Positions 31,488 through 41,239 of a stretch of 64,000 bases of DNA are shown piece after piece. The position numbers and the translations under genes are program-made. The notes below the pieces were generated by a model that did no database searches, was not told the DNA's origin, and worked only from the letters and a program-made list of their open reading frames with translations. Source of the DNA: a virus; the UHGV virus genome UHGV-0318153. The stretch is one strand, 5' to 3'. Position 1 is the stretch's first letter. The number at the start of each line of letters is the position of its first letter.

Positions 31488-32913
31488 TTTAGACCAAAAA
31501 GCCGTCAAACCTAATTTTACTCCTAGTCAAGAAAAAGCTGTCGATAATATAATAAGTTTTATAGCTGAAGATTTTAATAAACTTAAAAATGTTCAAGCAT
31601 TATCTGGCGCAGCAGGGTGTGGTAAAACTTTTGTTACAAATTATATAATTGAGCATAGTAAATATAGTTCAAGTATGTTTTATCTTGCTGCTCCAACACA
31701 TAAAGCTTGTCGTATATTATCTAACGCTACAGGAGGTAGAAAAGTAACTACTATACAAGCTGCTTTTGGGTTTAGACTTGATACTAATATTGAAGATTTT
31801 GACCCAAATTTACCTGCTTTTAAACCTATTGGTCCGCCTAAAGTTGCTAATGTAAAAGTTCTTGTTGTTGATGAAGCTAGTATGCTTAATAAAGCATTAG
31901 TTACTTATATTAATAAATACTGCGCTGATAGAAAAATTAAAGTTCTTTATATTGGTGATGCAAATCAGCTTAGTCCTGTAAATGAGAAAGTTAGTACTGC
32001 TTTTAAAAATGCTTATAAAATTAGTGAACTTAAAGAAATTGTACGACAAGAAAAAGATAATCCTGTTACTGAATTGTTGGCAATGCTACGTGATGATATA
32101 AAACATAGAACATTTAATTTTCTTAGTTATATCTATAAAAACAGAGAAAATATAAATGGTGATATTGGATATAAAGTATATACTCGTCAAGAATTTACAA
32201 ATGTTGTTATAAATAAATTTTCTGATGAAAATTTTGCAACAAATGTTGATTTATATCGTATGGTAGCATATACTAATAATGCTGTATCTTATTGGAATAA
32301 AGTTATTCGTCAAACTATTGTTCGAAATGCTGATAAGACTATAATTAATAGAAATGATTTGATAATGTCTTATACAACTATTGTTGATGATTTTAATGAT
32401 ATTATTATTAATAATAGTGAAGAATACATTATTAAAGATATAGTTAATTATGAAGATGAAACTTATAATTTTAAAGGTTTTATGATAAAGTTTCAAGCTA
32501 TACATGGTGGAGCTGTTACTAAGCCTTTATTTGTTATAAATCATTTTGATGCTTATACATTGAAAACATATTGTGATGAGGTAAATTATCTTATTAATAA
32601 AGCAAAAAATGCTGATACTAGTACTCGTTCTTCTTGTTGGAAGAAATATTATGAGTTTAAGAGAAAGTATCTTTTGCTTGAAAATGTAGTTGATTATGCA
32701 GGTAAGATTATTATTTCAAGAGATATAGATTATGGATTTGCTTTAACAAGTCATCGAAGCCAAGGTAGTACTTATGATAATGTATTTGTTGATATAAATG
32801 ATATGTGTTATGATAAGAATGGAAATCCTTATAATGATATTTCAGAATTATTACGTAGGTTATATGTAGCTTGCAGTAGATGTAGGAATAAATTGTATAT
32901 ATGCTACGGATAA
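31474..32913 (+). CDS. SF1B DNA helicase, Dda/RecD-like (479 aa)
   Basis: Walker A GAAGCGKTF, Walker B VVDEASML, and C-terminal motif ALTSHRSQGSTYDNVFV. Confidence 0.8.
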   Translation: MNMISLDQKAVKPNFTPSQEKAVDNIISFIAEDFNKLKNVQALSGAAGCGKTFVTNYIIEHSKYSSSMFYLAAPTHKACRILSNATGGRKVTTIQAAFGFRLDTNIEDFDPNLPAFKPIGPPKVANVKVLVVDEASMLNKALVTYINKYCADRKIKVLYIGDANQLSPVNEKVSTAFKNAYKISELKEIVRQEKDNPVTELLAMLRDDIKHRTFNFLSYIYKNRENINGDIGYKVYTRQEFTNVVINKFSDENFATNVDLYRMVAYTNNAVSYWNKVIRQTIVRNADKTIINRNDLIMSYTTIVDDFNDIIINNSEEYIIKDIVNYEDETYNFKGFMIKFQAIHGGAVTKPLFVINHFDAYTLKTYCDEVNYLINKAKNADTSTRSSCWKKYYEFKRKYLLLENVVDYAGKIIISRDIDYGFALTSHRSQGSTYDNVFVDINDMCYDKNGNPYNDISELLRRLYVACSRCRNKLYICYG

Positions 32914-32914
32914 A

Positions 32915-33445
32915 ATGTTTTATATGACTGTTGATACTTGTGTTCATTGTCAGCATTGTATAAATAGAATGTTTAATATTGGTCGTATTATTGATATTGG
33001 CATAGGATGTATAACTTCTGATATTGTTATTCTTTTGCCTATGTATGGTAATAAGAATTTTCGTAATAAATTATTAGAAGATTTAAAAGCTATTTGGCTT
33101 GAATATACAGGACGAAATATGCTTGAACAATGTTACATTACATATAATATTAAATGTTCTACTTATAATTGTTCATACAAACTTTATGAGAATAGTATGA
33201 GTAATTGTCGTAATATATTGAATGAAGAACTTATGAGAGTTCCTTATAGATATATGATTATGATTAATTCTACTCGTACTATTTTTCCTAATGGTTGTTC
33301 TAATAAGATTATCAATTATGGAAAGTATTGTTTTTATAATATAAAATTTCCATTTGATAAATATGATGAAGCTGAGGTAAAGAAAGCTATAAAAACAGAT
33401 TTTGTTAATGCTATAAAATATTATAATATGAGAAGATATACATGA
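32915..33445 (+). CDS. Cys-rich hypothetical protein (176 aa)
   Basis: ORF with an N-terminal CVHCQHC cluster. Confidence 0.5.
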   Translation: MFYMTVDTCVHCQHCINRMFNIGRIIDIGIGCITSDIVILLPMYGNKNFRNKLLEDLKAIWLEYTGRNMLEQCYITYNIKCSTYNCSYKLYENSMSNCRNILNEELMRVPYRYMIMINSTRTIFPNGCSNKIINYGKYCFYNIKFPFDKYDEAEVKKAIKTDFVNAIKYYNMRRYT

Positions 33446-34725
33446 TAAGAATAGAATGTTATGATGTGGAAGTACTTCCTAACTTTTTTAGTATTTGTTT
33501 TATTGATTTAGCTAGTTATCTTGATACTTTTAAAGATGTTGTAGATAGTAAAGGAAAACCAATTCCTATTATCCAAAAAATATCTGTTAAAGAGTTATTA
33601 CAAAGACTTGATGCTGTAAAATGTAAACAATTTTATATTACAGATAAAGATGATAGTCAGTTATTTTCAATGATAGAATATATTAATGGATTTAAAGCTA
33701 ATGAACTTTATCCTCGTAGTGATTTATATGGTTATAATAGTCAAAGTTATGATAATCTTATGATTGCTGCTTTATTAATGTATTTTGGTCAAACAGATAC
33801 TACAAAAGAACTTATTACAAAACTTTATGAAACATCAAAAAAGATAATTGAATTACAAGACAATAAAGATGGTGCTAAGAATGATTTTTTATTAAGAAGT
33901 TTGAGAAAATATCCATTACCATTTAAAGGTGTAGATGTTATGAAAATATTTGCTTTGAATAAAGCTGGAACTATTGTTGATAATAAAACTGGAGAAAAGA
34001 AATATGTTCCTAAAGGTTTAAAGCAAACTAGTATTAATCTACAATGGTATGAACTTCTTGAATATGAGTTACCTGATATATGTGATAAAGATTATTACTA
34101 TTATGCAAAAGATACAAGATATAAAGGTTATGATTATAAAAAGCTCACCAATATAATTGATAAATGGGATAGATATATAATAGATGAATATATTCCAGAT
34201 ATGATGCATTATAATAAAAATGATGTATTTATTGTTTGTGAAATTGTTCGTCTTAATCCCGATGAAATTAAATCTCGATATGCTGTTTCTGCTTCTTATA
34301 AAGTAGATGTTCTTAATAGTAGTCGTAGTAATATGGCTAATGTTTTATTTCAAAAGTTTTACACTAAATATAGTGGTATTCCTTATGAAAAATGGAAAGA
34401 TGGAAGAACTAAAAGAACTGCTATGAATTTAGGTAAGATTATTTTTAATTGTGTTGAATTTAAGACACAGCAATTACAAGACTTACTTAAAGAAATAAAA
34501 AAGACTACATTATATAGAGTTAGCAAAGATGCTTTTGAGAAAGAAGTTATTATTGGCGATGTTAATTATACTCTAGCTACAGGTGGACTTCATAGTAAAG
34601 ATAGACCAATGGAGATATGGAGTACAACAGATTGGGATATATCTGGCAATTCCTCTACGGGCAAGCTACAAAAAGATAATGCTTTTACAATTATACATTG
34701 GGACATAAGTGACGCAGTGTCGTAA
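33442..34725 (+). CDS. DNA polymerase family B, exon 1 / N-terminal part (3'-5' exonuclease domain through the first half of motif A)
   Basis: Exo I YDVEV, Exo II YGYNSQSYDNLMI, Exo III YNKND. It ends ...HWDISDAVS* immediately before the expected LYPS of motif A. Confidence 0.75.
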   Translation: MIRIECYDVEVLPNFFSICFIDLASYLDTFKDVVDSKGKPIPIIQKISVKELLQRLDAVKCKQFYITDKDDSQLFSMIEYINGFKANELYPRSDLYGYNSQSYDNLMIAALLMYFGQTDTTKELITKLYETSKKIIELQDNKDGAKNDFLLRSLRKYPLPFKGVDVMKIFALNKAGTIVDNKTGEKKYVPKGLKQTSINLQWYELLEYELPDICDKDYYYYAKDTRYKGYDYKKLTNIIDKWDRYIIDEYIPDMMHYNKNDVFIVCEIVRLNPDEIKSRYAVSASYKVDVLNSSRSNMANVLFQKFYTKYSGIPYEKWKDGRTKRTAMNLGKIIFNCVEFKTQQLQDLLKEIKKTTLYRVSKDAFEKEVIIGDVNYTLATGGLHSKDRPMEIWSTTDWDISGNSSTGKLQKDNAFTIIHWDISDAVS

Positions 34726-35774
34726 TCTCGTGAACTGCTGGAAACTCCTAAAGCTGTTATTACTAAAACAGAAGATGAAAATCTAAATGGCAATAGTTAC
34801 GAAAGTAGAAAAGAAATAACAGATGATATATGGAATAATATTCCTAAGTATTTTAATAATGGACAATCAGCAGCTAAGACTACTCATTATATTGCGAAAT
34901 ATAATAATAGTAAAGTTCATCGACTATCCGAAAGGAGTACACATTGTTGATAAATGTGGAAGTGCGAGAAATCTTGTTAATAATATTGCATTTTGAAAAA
35001 TTAGATATTATCTTTGTCTATATGTTTAATTTTTAATAATATTGATTATGGTAAAATTTAATTTTTCATTAGTTAAAAAAGAAGTTTATGGTGTTGTTAG
35101 AGGTAATGGTGTTATTCCTTATGGAGATTTAGCAAAATACTCTAATGTTATTGGTGTTTATTATATTAAATCTAAAACTACTAATAAACAATATATTGGA
35201 AGTAGTAAAAATGTACAAAGACGTATTGGAAAACATTTTAGTGAATTAAAATATAATAGACATAGAGATAAAGATTTGCAAGAAGAATATAATTTATATG
35301 GATATTCTAATTTTGAATGCGGATTATATGAAACTTGTAATATAAATGAACTTCTTATTAAAGAAAAAGAATGGCAAATTAAAATTGGAATAGATAATCT
35401 TTATAATCAGAAAATCTCTGGATATTATATTACAGAAGAATTAAGACAAATTCATGCTAGAGCTGATAAAAGTTCACATAAAACTAAAGAATATAGAGAA
35501 AAAATGAGTAATATAAAAAGTAATTATATAGCTCAATATAATCTTGATGAAACTTTAATTAAAATTTGGAATAGTTCTAAAGAAATATGTGATACTCTAG
35601 GTTATACTAGAAGTGTAATATTATGTGGATGTAATGGTAGTAAAAAACATCCTTATGGTTATTATTGGAGATATTGTGATAGTAAAGGTAATTTATTAGA
35701 AAACGGTAGAAAAGGAAAACAAGATTAAGATATAGTCAGGTTCATAGTGAAAGCTATGATGTTAATGTGCGTCT
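34723..35774 (+). mobile_element. Group-I-intron-like intervening sequence (~1.05 kb) splitting polB at motif A. It carries a GIY-YIG homing endonuclease ORF.
   Basis: Exon 1 ends DAVS and the downstream in-frame sequence resumes (S)YYPSIM after a stop codon, with no ATG. Joined, they give the DxxSLYPSIM-like motif A. The 5' flank is GC-richer, and a gtgYcgt sequence occurs at both junctions. Confidence 0.5.
35048..35728 (+). CDS. GIY-YIG homing endonuclease with a C-terminal NUMOD1/IENR1-like DNA-binding motif
   Basis: GVYYIKSKTTNKQYIGSSKNVQRRIGKHFSEL (GIY...YIG...R...H...E...N). C-terminal LIKIWNSSKEICDTLGYTRSVILCGCNG. Confidence 0.8.
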   Translation: MVKFNFSLVKKEVYGVVRGNGVIPYGDLAKYSNVIGVYYIKSKTTNKQYIGSSKNVQRRIGKHFSELKYNRHRDKDLQEEYNLYGYSNFECGLYETCNINELLIKEKEWQIKIGIDNLYNQKISGYYITEELRQIHARADKSSHKTKEYREKMSNIKSNYIAQYNLDETLIKIWNSSKEICDTLGYTRSVILCGCNGSKKHPYGYYWRYCDSKGNLLENGRKGKQD

Positions 35775-36812
35775 TATTATCCTTCAATTATGGCTGCATA
35801 TAGTGTTGCACCTGCTCATATGGTTACTAGTGCATTTCGTAATCTTATTCAATGGATGAAAGATACTCGTGTTACTGTAAAACATAGTGAAGAAGCAATT
35901 ATAGATGGTATTCCTAAAGATGTCCTTGCACTTGTATTAAAAATTGTCATTAATAGTATATATGGTAAATTTGGAGATGAAAATAGTCCACTTTATGATA
36001 GACTTGCTACTCTTCAAGTTACTATAAATGGTCAATTAATGATTCTTATGCTTTGTGAAGAACTTGAACTTAATGGTATTCATGTATTGTCAGCTAATAC
36101 AGATGGTATTATGGTTAAGTTGTATGAGAAAGATAAAGAATTATTTAATGATATAGCTGATAGATGGCAAGAAAAAACTAAAATGAAAGCAGATGCTGAT
36201 ATTCTTCATTGTCTTATAGCAAGAGATATAAATTCGTATATAGCCTTATTTAGAGAAGAAAAGAAAGGAGTTAGAAAATTAAAGACAGAATTTAAAGGAG
36301 CAATGAATCCAGATATGTATCGTATTGACTTACAAAAAGGATATGATAAACCTATTGTTGCTAAAGCTGTTTATGAGTATTTTATTAATAAAGTTCCTAT
36401 AATGGAAACTCTTCAAAAAGCTACTAATATTCTTGATTTTTGTATGACTCAAAATGTTGGTAGACAATTTCATGTTGAAGAAACGAAAATTGTTAATGGA
36501 ATGCTTACACGAATAGTTTGTCAGCGATATGTTAGATTTTATATTAGTAATGATGGATATACAATAGAAAAAGTTCATAATATTACTAATAGTAGGTCAA
36601 GAATGGCAGCTGGAGTTAAAGTTTGTGTTGTTAATACTTTGGATGATACTAATATTAGTTTAAGGAATATTGATTTTAAATATTATTATAATGAATGTAT
36701 GAAATTAATAGACCCAATTAAGTTAGGTATTACTCCTAAAGGTAAAGGAAAAAGTAAAATTCGAAAATTTAGTGGAATGTATAATACTTTATTTGATGAT
36801 GTAGATGAATAA
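35772..36812 (+). CDS. DNA polymerase family B, exon 2 / C-terminal polymerase part (second half of motif A, motifs B and C)
   Basis: YYPSIM, then KIVINSIYGKFG (KxxxNSxYG, motif B), then LSANTDGIMV (motif C region). The first ATG is at 35790; the true 5' boundary depends on splicing. Confidence 0.65.
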   Translation, partial: SYYPSIMAAYSVAPAHMVTSAFRNLIQWMKDTRVTVKHSEEAIIDGIPKDVLALVLKIVINSIYGKFGDENSPLYDRLATLQVTINGQLMILMLCEELELNGIHVLSANTDGIMVKLYEKDKELFNDIADRWQEKTKMKADADILHCLIARDINSYIALFREEKKGVRKLKTEFKGAMNPDMYRIDLQKGYDKPIVAKAVYEYFINKVPIMETLQKATNILDFCMTQNVGRQFHVEETKIVNGMLTRIVCQRYVRFYISNDGYTIEKVHNITNSRSRMAAGVKVCVVNTLDDTNISLRNIDFKYYYNECMKLIDPIKLGITPKGKGKSKIRKFSGMYNTLFDDVDE

Positions 36813-38169
36813 AACATATATTGATATAGCTAATAAATGGAGAGAAAATAAATGTAAAGGTTGTTGCATACTTCTTGAACCTTATAATCCTGCTATATTA
36901 ATAGAATATATAATGAAAAGAAGTATAGAAAAAAATCCAAATATAAAAGCACTTATTGTAGTTAAAGATTATGATGTTAGAACTCGTATTGTCAATTATT
37001 TAAAAGAAAACAATATAAGTCCTAATAATTATGCTTGTATTACTTCTGTTTATGTAAAAATAGGTGTACATTATGATTATGATATAGCTTTTTATGTTGG
37101 ATTAACTGATATGTATCAAGCAAATTATATTAATAGTATAATTAAATATGGATTATTTATTATAACAACAGATAAAATTCATCCTGATTCTCGTGCTTAT
37201 CTTTATAAATATTTTCCTATATTAAATCAAGCTGATTATGCTGCTAAATATGCAACTAAATATAGCTTGCCCGTAGAGGAAATTCACATTGGAGTACAGT
37301 TTGCTAGACAAGATGAAAAAGAATTATATGATAAATATAGTGATTATATAAATAAAACTATTAATATATTTGGTAGCCTTGAAAATATAAATCGTGCTAG
37401 AGTAGGAGATAAAACTACAGGTCAATCTGCTGAAGCTGTAAGATTATCTATTGCTCAATATAATGGTTGGAATGAACATCTTGATGTAACTATACCTTTT
37501 AATAAGCAAATAGATGATTTATTTAATCCTATTAGTATAGAAGAAAGATGTTCTACTGCTTATAATATTTTTCGTGAACGTAATAATTTAGTAAATAATA
37601 ATGTAAATAAAATACCTATAATTATAGATTTATTAAATGGAGAATTAAAAGATAAAAAAGTAATAATAGTTAGTAAGAATACTATTCTTGCAACAGAAGT
37701 TTATAAAGCTCTTAATAAAAATAATATACCATGTGGTGAATTTCATAATGATATTGAAGCTAGACCTGTTTATGATGAAAATGTTGGAGATTTTATAAGA
37801 TATAAGACTGGTAATCGAAAAGGAGAAGTAAAAAACTTCGCCGCACAAGCTATTTCCAGCCTTTCTGTGCAATCTTTCAACTCAAACAATATTAGAGTAT
37901 TATCCATTAAAAATTGTTCGTCAGACAGCCTAGAAATCACGTGTGATGCGATTATATTCATGTCACCAAATTGTTATAATATAAAAGAGTTCCTATATAG
38001 ATATAATAAACTTACTTTTAATGTTGATAAAATAAAAATCTATAAATTATATATGATAGGTACAAATGAAGAAAATGATTGTAGTCGGCTAAAACCTATT
38101 AATGAAAATCATGAAATAAAAAATATTACAGAGAATGAAAAATATTATGTTCAAAGTTTTGGTAGTTAA
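36805..38169 (+). CDS. hypothetical replication-module protein (454 aa). One dispersed-repeat copy (SLPVEE).
   Basis: Long ORF with no clear catalytic motifs. Confidence 0.55.
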   Translation: MNKTYIDIANKWRENKCKGCCILLEPYNPAILIEYIMKRSIEKNPNIKALIVVKDYDVRTRIVNYLKENNISPNNYACITSVYVKIGVHYDYDIAFYVGLTDMYQANYINSIIKYGLFIITTDKIHPDSRAYLYKYFPILNQADYAAKYATKYSLPVEEIHIGVQFARQDEKELYDKYSDYINKTINIFGSLENINRARVGDKTTGQSAEAVRLSIAQYNGWNEHLDVTIPFNKQIDDLFNPISIEERCSTAYNIFRERNNLVNNNVNKIPIIIDLLNGELKDKKVIIVSKNTILATEVYKALNKNNIPCGEFHNDIEARPVYDENVGDFIRYKTGNRKGEVKNFAAQAISSLSVQSFNSNNIRVLSIKNCSSDSLEITCDAIIFMSPNCYNIKEFLYRYNKLTFNVDKIKIYKLYMIGTNEENDCSRLKPINENHEIKNITENEKYYVQSFGS

Positions 38170-38223
38170 GAATAATTGCTTATATTTGTCATGTAATCAA
38201 AAACAATAAAGCTCTTTGACATT

Positions 38224-39150
38224 ATGACAGAAGATAAAGAAGTAAAAGAAAAGAAAGATGTTGCTATTGTTAAACATGATGTTGGTAATTGTACAATAGA
38301 TACTATTAATCTATTAGATGATGGACAACTTGCTGCTGCTAAAAGATTTCTTACTGAAATAGTAAGAAGTGAGAAAGGTGGTATTAAGACTATTAACGAT
38401 GGTCTTGCTATTCTTATGAGAGCAAAAGATTTGGCTCTTCCTTTTAGCACTTGTATAGAACATATTCATGTTGTCAGTGGTAAAACGGTAATAGATATTC
38501 ATATTATCAAGGCTTTGTTGTCAAAGGCACAAGTAACTTGGGAATGTACTCACGATTATACTTGTCTGTATCAATATACAGATGGCAATATTGCTTATAA
38601 TGAGAATAATCTACCTGAGTATTGTAAGAAATGCGCTACAGCTAAAGAAGCTGCTGAAATAACTAAAGAAAGTAATGGAGATATAGTTGGAGTTTATCAA
38701 GTTAGATATTATCAAGATTATAATGGTAATGTTTATGACGAATTTAAGTTGAATGGTAATTTTGCTATTGCTCCTAATAGAATGGTTGCTGCTGAAATTG
38801 CTAAACAAAATAAAATTCCAATATTTAGAATACCTCCACAACCTATTGATTATATTACTGAATATAAATTTAAACGTGCTAGAAACATTGGTAATGAAAT
38901 TCATATTCAAGAATGTACATCACATTTTAGTTATCAAGAAGCTCAACAAGCTGGTTTCTTTACTAAAGATACTTATCAAAAATATGCTAGAATAATGATT
39001 AGTCATAGAGCATTTACTCTTGGTGCTAGAGATATTGCTAGTGATATTTTGATGGGTTGTCAAGAAAAATTAGAGTGGAAACTTCAAGATAATGTCAATA
39101 TTGATGATAATGATGTTATTGATGCAGAAGTTGAAACTGTAGAAGAATAG
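38224..39150 (+). CDS. hypothetical protein, possibly recombination/annealing-related (308 aa)
   Basis: ORF; the function is not recognisable from the sequence alone. Confidence 0.55.
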   Translation: MTEDKEVKEKKDVAIVKHDVGNCTIDTINLLDDGQLAAAKRFLTEIVRSEKGGIKTINDGLAILMRAKDLALPFSTCIEHIHVVSGKTVIDIHIIKALLSKAQVTWECTHDYTCLYQYTDGNIAYNENNLPEYCKKCATAKEAAEITKESNGDIVGVYQVRYYQDYNGNVYDEFKLNGNFAIAPNRMVAAEIAKQNKIPIFRIPPQPIDYITEYKFKRARNIGNEIHIQECTSHFSYQEAQQAGFFTKDTYQKYARIMISHRAFTLGARDIASDILMGCQEKLEWKLQDNVNIDDNDVIDAEVETVEE

Positions 39151-39240
39151 AGTTGAATTAGTCAAACTCTTAAAACTTTGATTAATGCTATTTGTATTAA
39201 TATAATTAATTTATTTATTCACATTTAAAATTTTACAATT

Positions 39241-40071
39241 ATGAAAACATTTGGTAAATTGTCTTTCGGTATGTCAGTAGTTAATCTTGCAAAACGTGGT
39301 GTAGTTGCTGAGCCTGAACTTATTGCTAATACAACTCCTGGTTCTTTTAGATTGACTGCTCCTGTTACTCGTGCTTTGGGTATTGCAAGTGGTGATTATG
39401 TAATGTTTGTTGGTAACACTGCTGCTATTGATATGGCTATTGCACAGAAAGATGAAGAATTGGTAGCATGGTGTCAAGAAAATAATATTGATATTACTTC
39501 TCCTGCTGGTGTTGCTGCTATTCACGAAGCATTTGATATGTGGGCTGTTGCTAAAGGTATTCAAGAATTTGATGCTAAAGGTAATCCTGTAAAAGTTTCT
39601 GAAAGATGGACTAAGGATGCTAAGATGGCTTATGTAGCTAATGATTTTGACAATATCTTTGAAAGTGCAAAAGCTAACGGTGATGCTGATTTTGTTGCTG
39701 CTTTGACTGCTGAAGGTATGACTAAAGAAGCACAGATTGAAATGATTGCTAATTCATTGCAGCCAGAAATTGTTGATAAATATCGTGGTGCTAAATGTGC
39801 TAATCCTTCTAAATTGGTTGGTATTGGTAATGTTGTTACATTTGCTGATGCTTCTGTATGGTCAGCATTAAAGGCTAATATGGGAGAAACAATGAAATCT
39901 CATAGTCGTATTTTCTCTGTTGATATTACAGAACTTATGGATGTTGTTATTAATGATGGTTGCAAAGATGTAACAATTAAAGCTGCTGTATTGAAAGAAT
40001 ATCGTGATGTTGAATCTACTCGTAAGAAAGATAACGAGGAAGGAGAAAATGAAGAAACTTCTGCTGAATAA
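39241..40071 (+). CDS. abundant acidic-tailed protein (276 aa)
   Basis: GC-shifted codon usage, followed by a strong terminator. Confidence 0.6.
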   Translation: MKTFGKLSFGMSVVNLAKRGVVAEPELIANTTPGSFRLTAPVTRALGIASGDYVMFVGNTAAIDMAIAQKDEELVAWCQENNIDITSPAGVAAIHEAFDMWAVAKGIQEFDAKGNPVKVSERWTKDAKMAYVANDFDNIFESAKANGDADFVAALTAEGMTKEAQIEMIANSLQPEIVDKYRGAKCANPSKLVGIGNVVTFADASVWSALKANMGETMKSHSRIFSVDITELMDVVINDGCKDVTIKAAVLKEYRDVESTRKKDNEEGENEETSAE

Positions 40072-40096
40072 TCTTCTGTTATAAAAATGATTTTTA

Positions 40097-40142
40097 AAGG
40101 CTGTACATGATACTATAGTTGATTGTACAGCCTTATTTTGTA
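40097..40142 (+). terminator. Rho-independent terminator (11-bp perfect stem AAGGCTGTACA/TGTACAGCCTT + ATTTTG)
   Basis: Read from the sequence. Confidence 0.75.
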
Positions 40143-40179
40143 CAAAATAATTACTAATCTTTTAAAACTTAATTAAGTT

Positions 40180-41178
40180 ATGAACGAAATTAAATCTAAT
40201 GTTGCTAGTGAAGCAAAACCTGAAGTTGCTAATGAAGCTAATGTTGAAACTCCTAAGAAAAAACGTAGAGGTTTAGGAAGTGTTCGTGGTGCTAGTAGAT
40301 TGAAATTTTCTAAAGATGATTATAATCGTTCTAATGGTTTGTTTATTGGTCATCTTGATAGTGTTGAAATGAAATGGGCAACACAAAAAGAAGATAATGC
40401 TACATCATTTGCTGGTCTTGCAGTTCCTTATCTTGCATTTACTTTTGCTAGTAATCATGATAAAGAAGCTGATAGACGTTATATTACTCTTCGTGTAATG
40501 CCTGTTGAAAGTAGTGCATTAACTATTGAAGGTGGTGATGAAGAATGGAAATTTAATCAGCAAATGGGATGGCTTAAACATATTCTTGATGTATTTGTTC
40601 TTCGTGGTAAACCAATGACAGAAGAAATGGAAGATAAACTTGCACTTTCTTATGTTGATACTGATGAAGAAGGACAATATGTTCCTGTTGAGCCAGAAGA
40701 AGTATTAGCTGGTTGGAGAGCATTATTTGAAAACTTTATTGCTATTCTTGAAAATGATGGTAAACCATATTATAAGAATGATAAAGGTGGAATTCTTCCT
40801 GTTTGGATGAAGTTGCTTAAATATGTTCGAGTTCGTGATAGAAAAACTAAAGAAATGTATTGGACGCCTGTAGCTTCAGGTAATCAAGCTGGTGATTATA
40901 GTTTTACTAATTTTGTTGGTGAAGGTGCTATTGAAATTTATCATCAAGATAAAGCTCCTAATTTAAGAGTTGATGTTTCTAAAGAATCTGTAACGGATAA
41001 AGAAGTTCCAAATAAACCTAAAACTCCTAATATGCCAGCTATTCCAGGTGTACCTACTACTGGAGTAACACCTACTAATATTGGTATAGGTGGTGCTGCT
41101 CCTATTGGTGGTGCTGGAGCATTTGACCCTAATGCAAATTATGGTACTCCTGTTACTGGTGAAGATTTACCATTTTAA
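40180..41178 (+). CDS. Single-stranded DNA-binding protein candidate (332 aa): core + Gly/Pro-rich disordered linker + acidic tip GEDLPF
   Basis: The architecture matches bacterial SSB (OB core, PGVPTTGVTPTNIGIGGAAPIGGAG linker, DDDIPF-like C-terminus). Codon usage is that of highly expressed genes. Confidence 0.55.
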   Translation: MNEIKSNVASEAKPEVANEANVETPKKKRRGLGSVRGASRLKFSKDDYNRSNGLFIGHLDSVEMKWATQKEDNATSFAGLAVPYLAFTFASNHDKEADRRYITLRVMPVESSALTIEGGDEEWKFNQQMGWLKHILDVFVLRGKPMTEEMEDKLALSYVDTDEEGQYVPVEPEEVLAGWRALFENFIAILENDGKPYYKNDKGGILPVWMKLLKYVRVRDRKTKEMYWTPVASGNQAGDYSFTNFVGEGAIEIYHQDKAPNLRVDVSKESVTDKEVPNKPKTPNMPAIPGVPTTGVTPTNIGIGGAAPIGGAGAFDPNANYGTPVTGEDLPF

Positions 41179-41195
41179 TATTTAATTGTTAGTAG

Positions 41196-41232
41196 AATGG
41201 CTAGGACTTTAATTAGTTCTAGCCATTTTTTA
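41196..41232 (+). terminator. Rho-independent terminator (AATGGCTAG...CTAGCCATT + TTTTT)
   Basis: Read from the sequence. Confidence 0.65.
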
Positions 41233-41239
41233 TTGTGTT

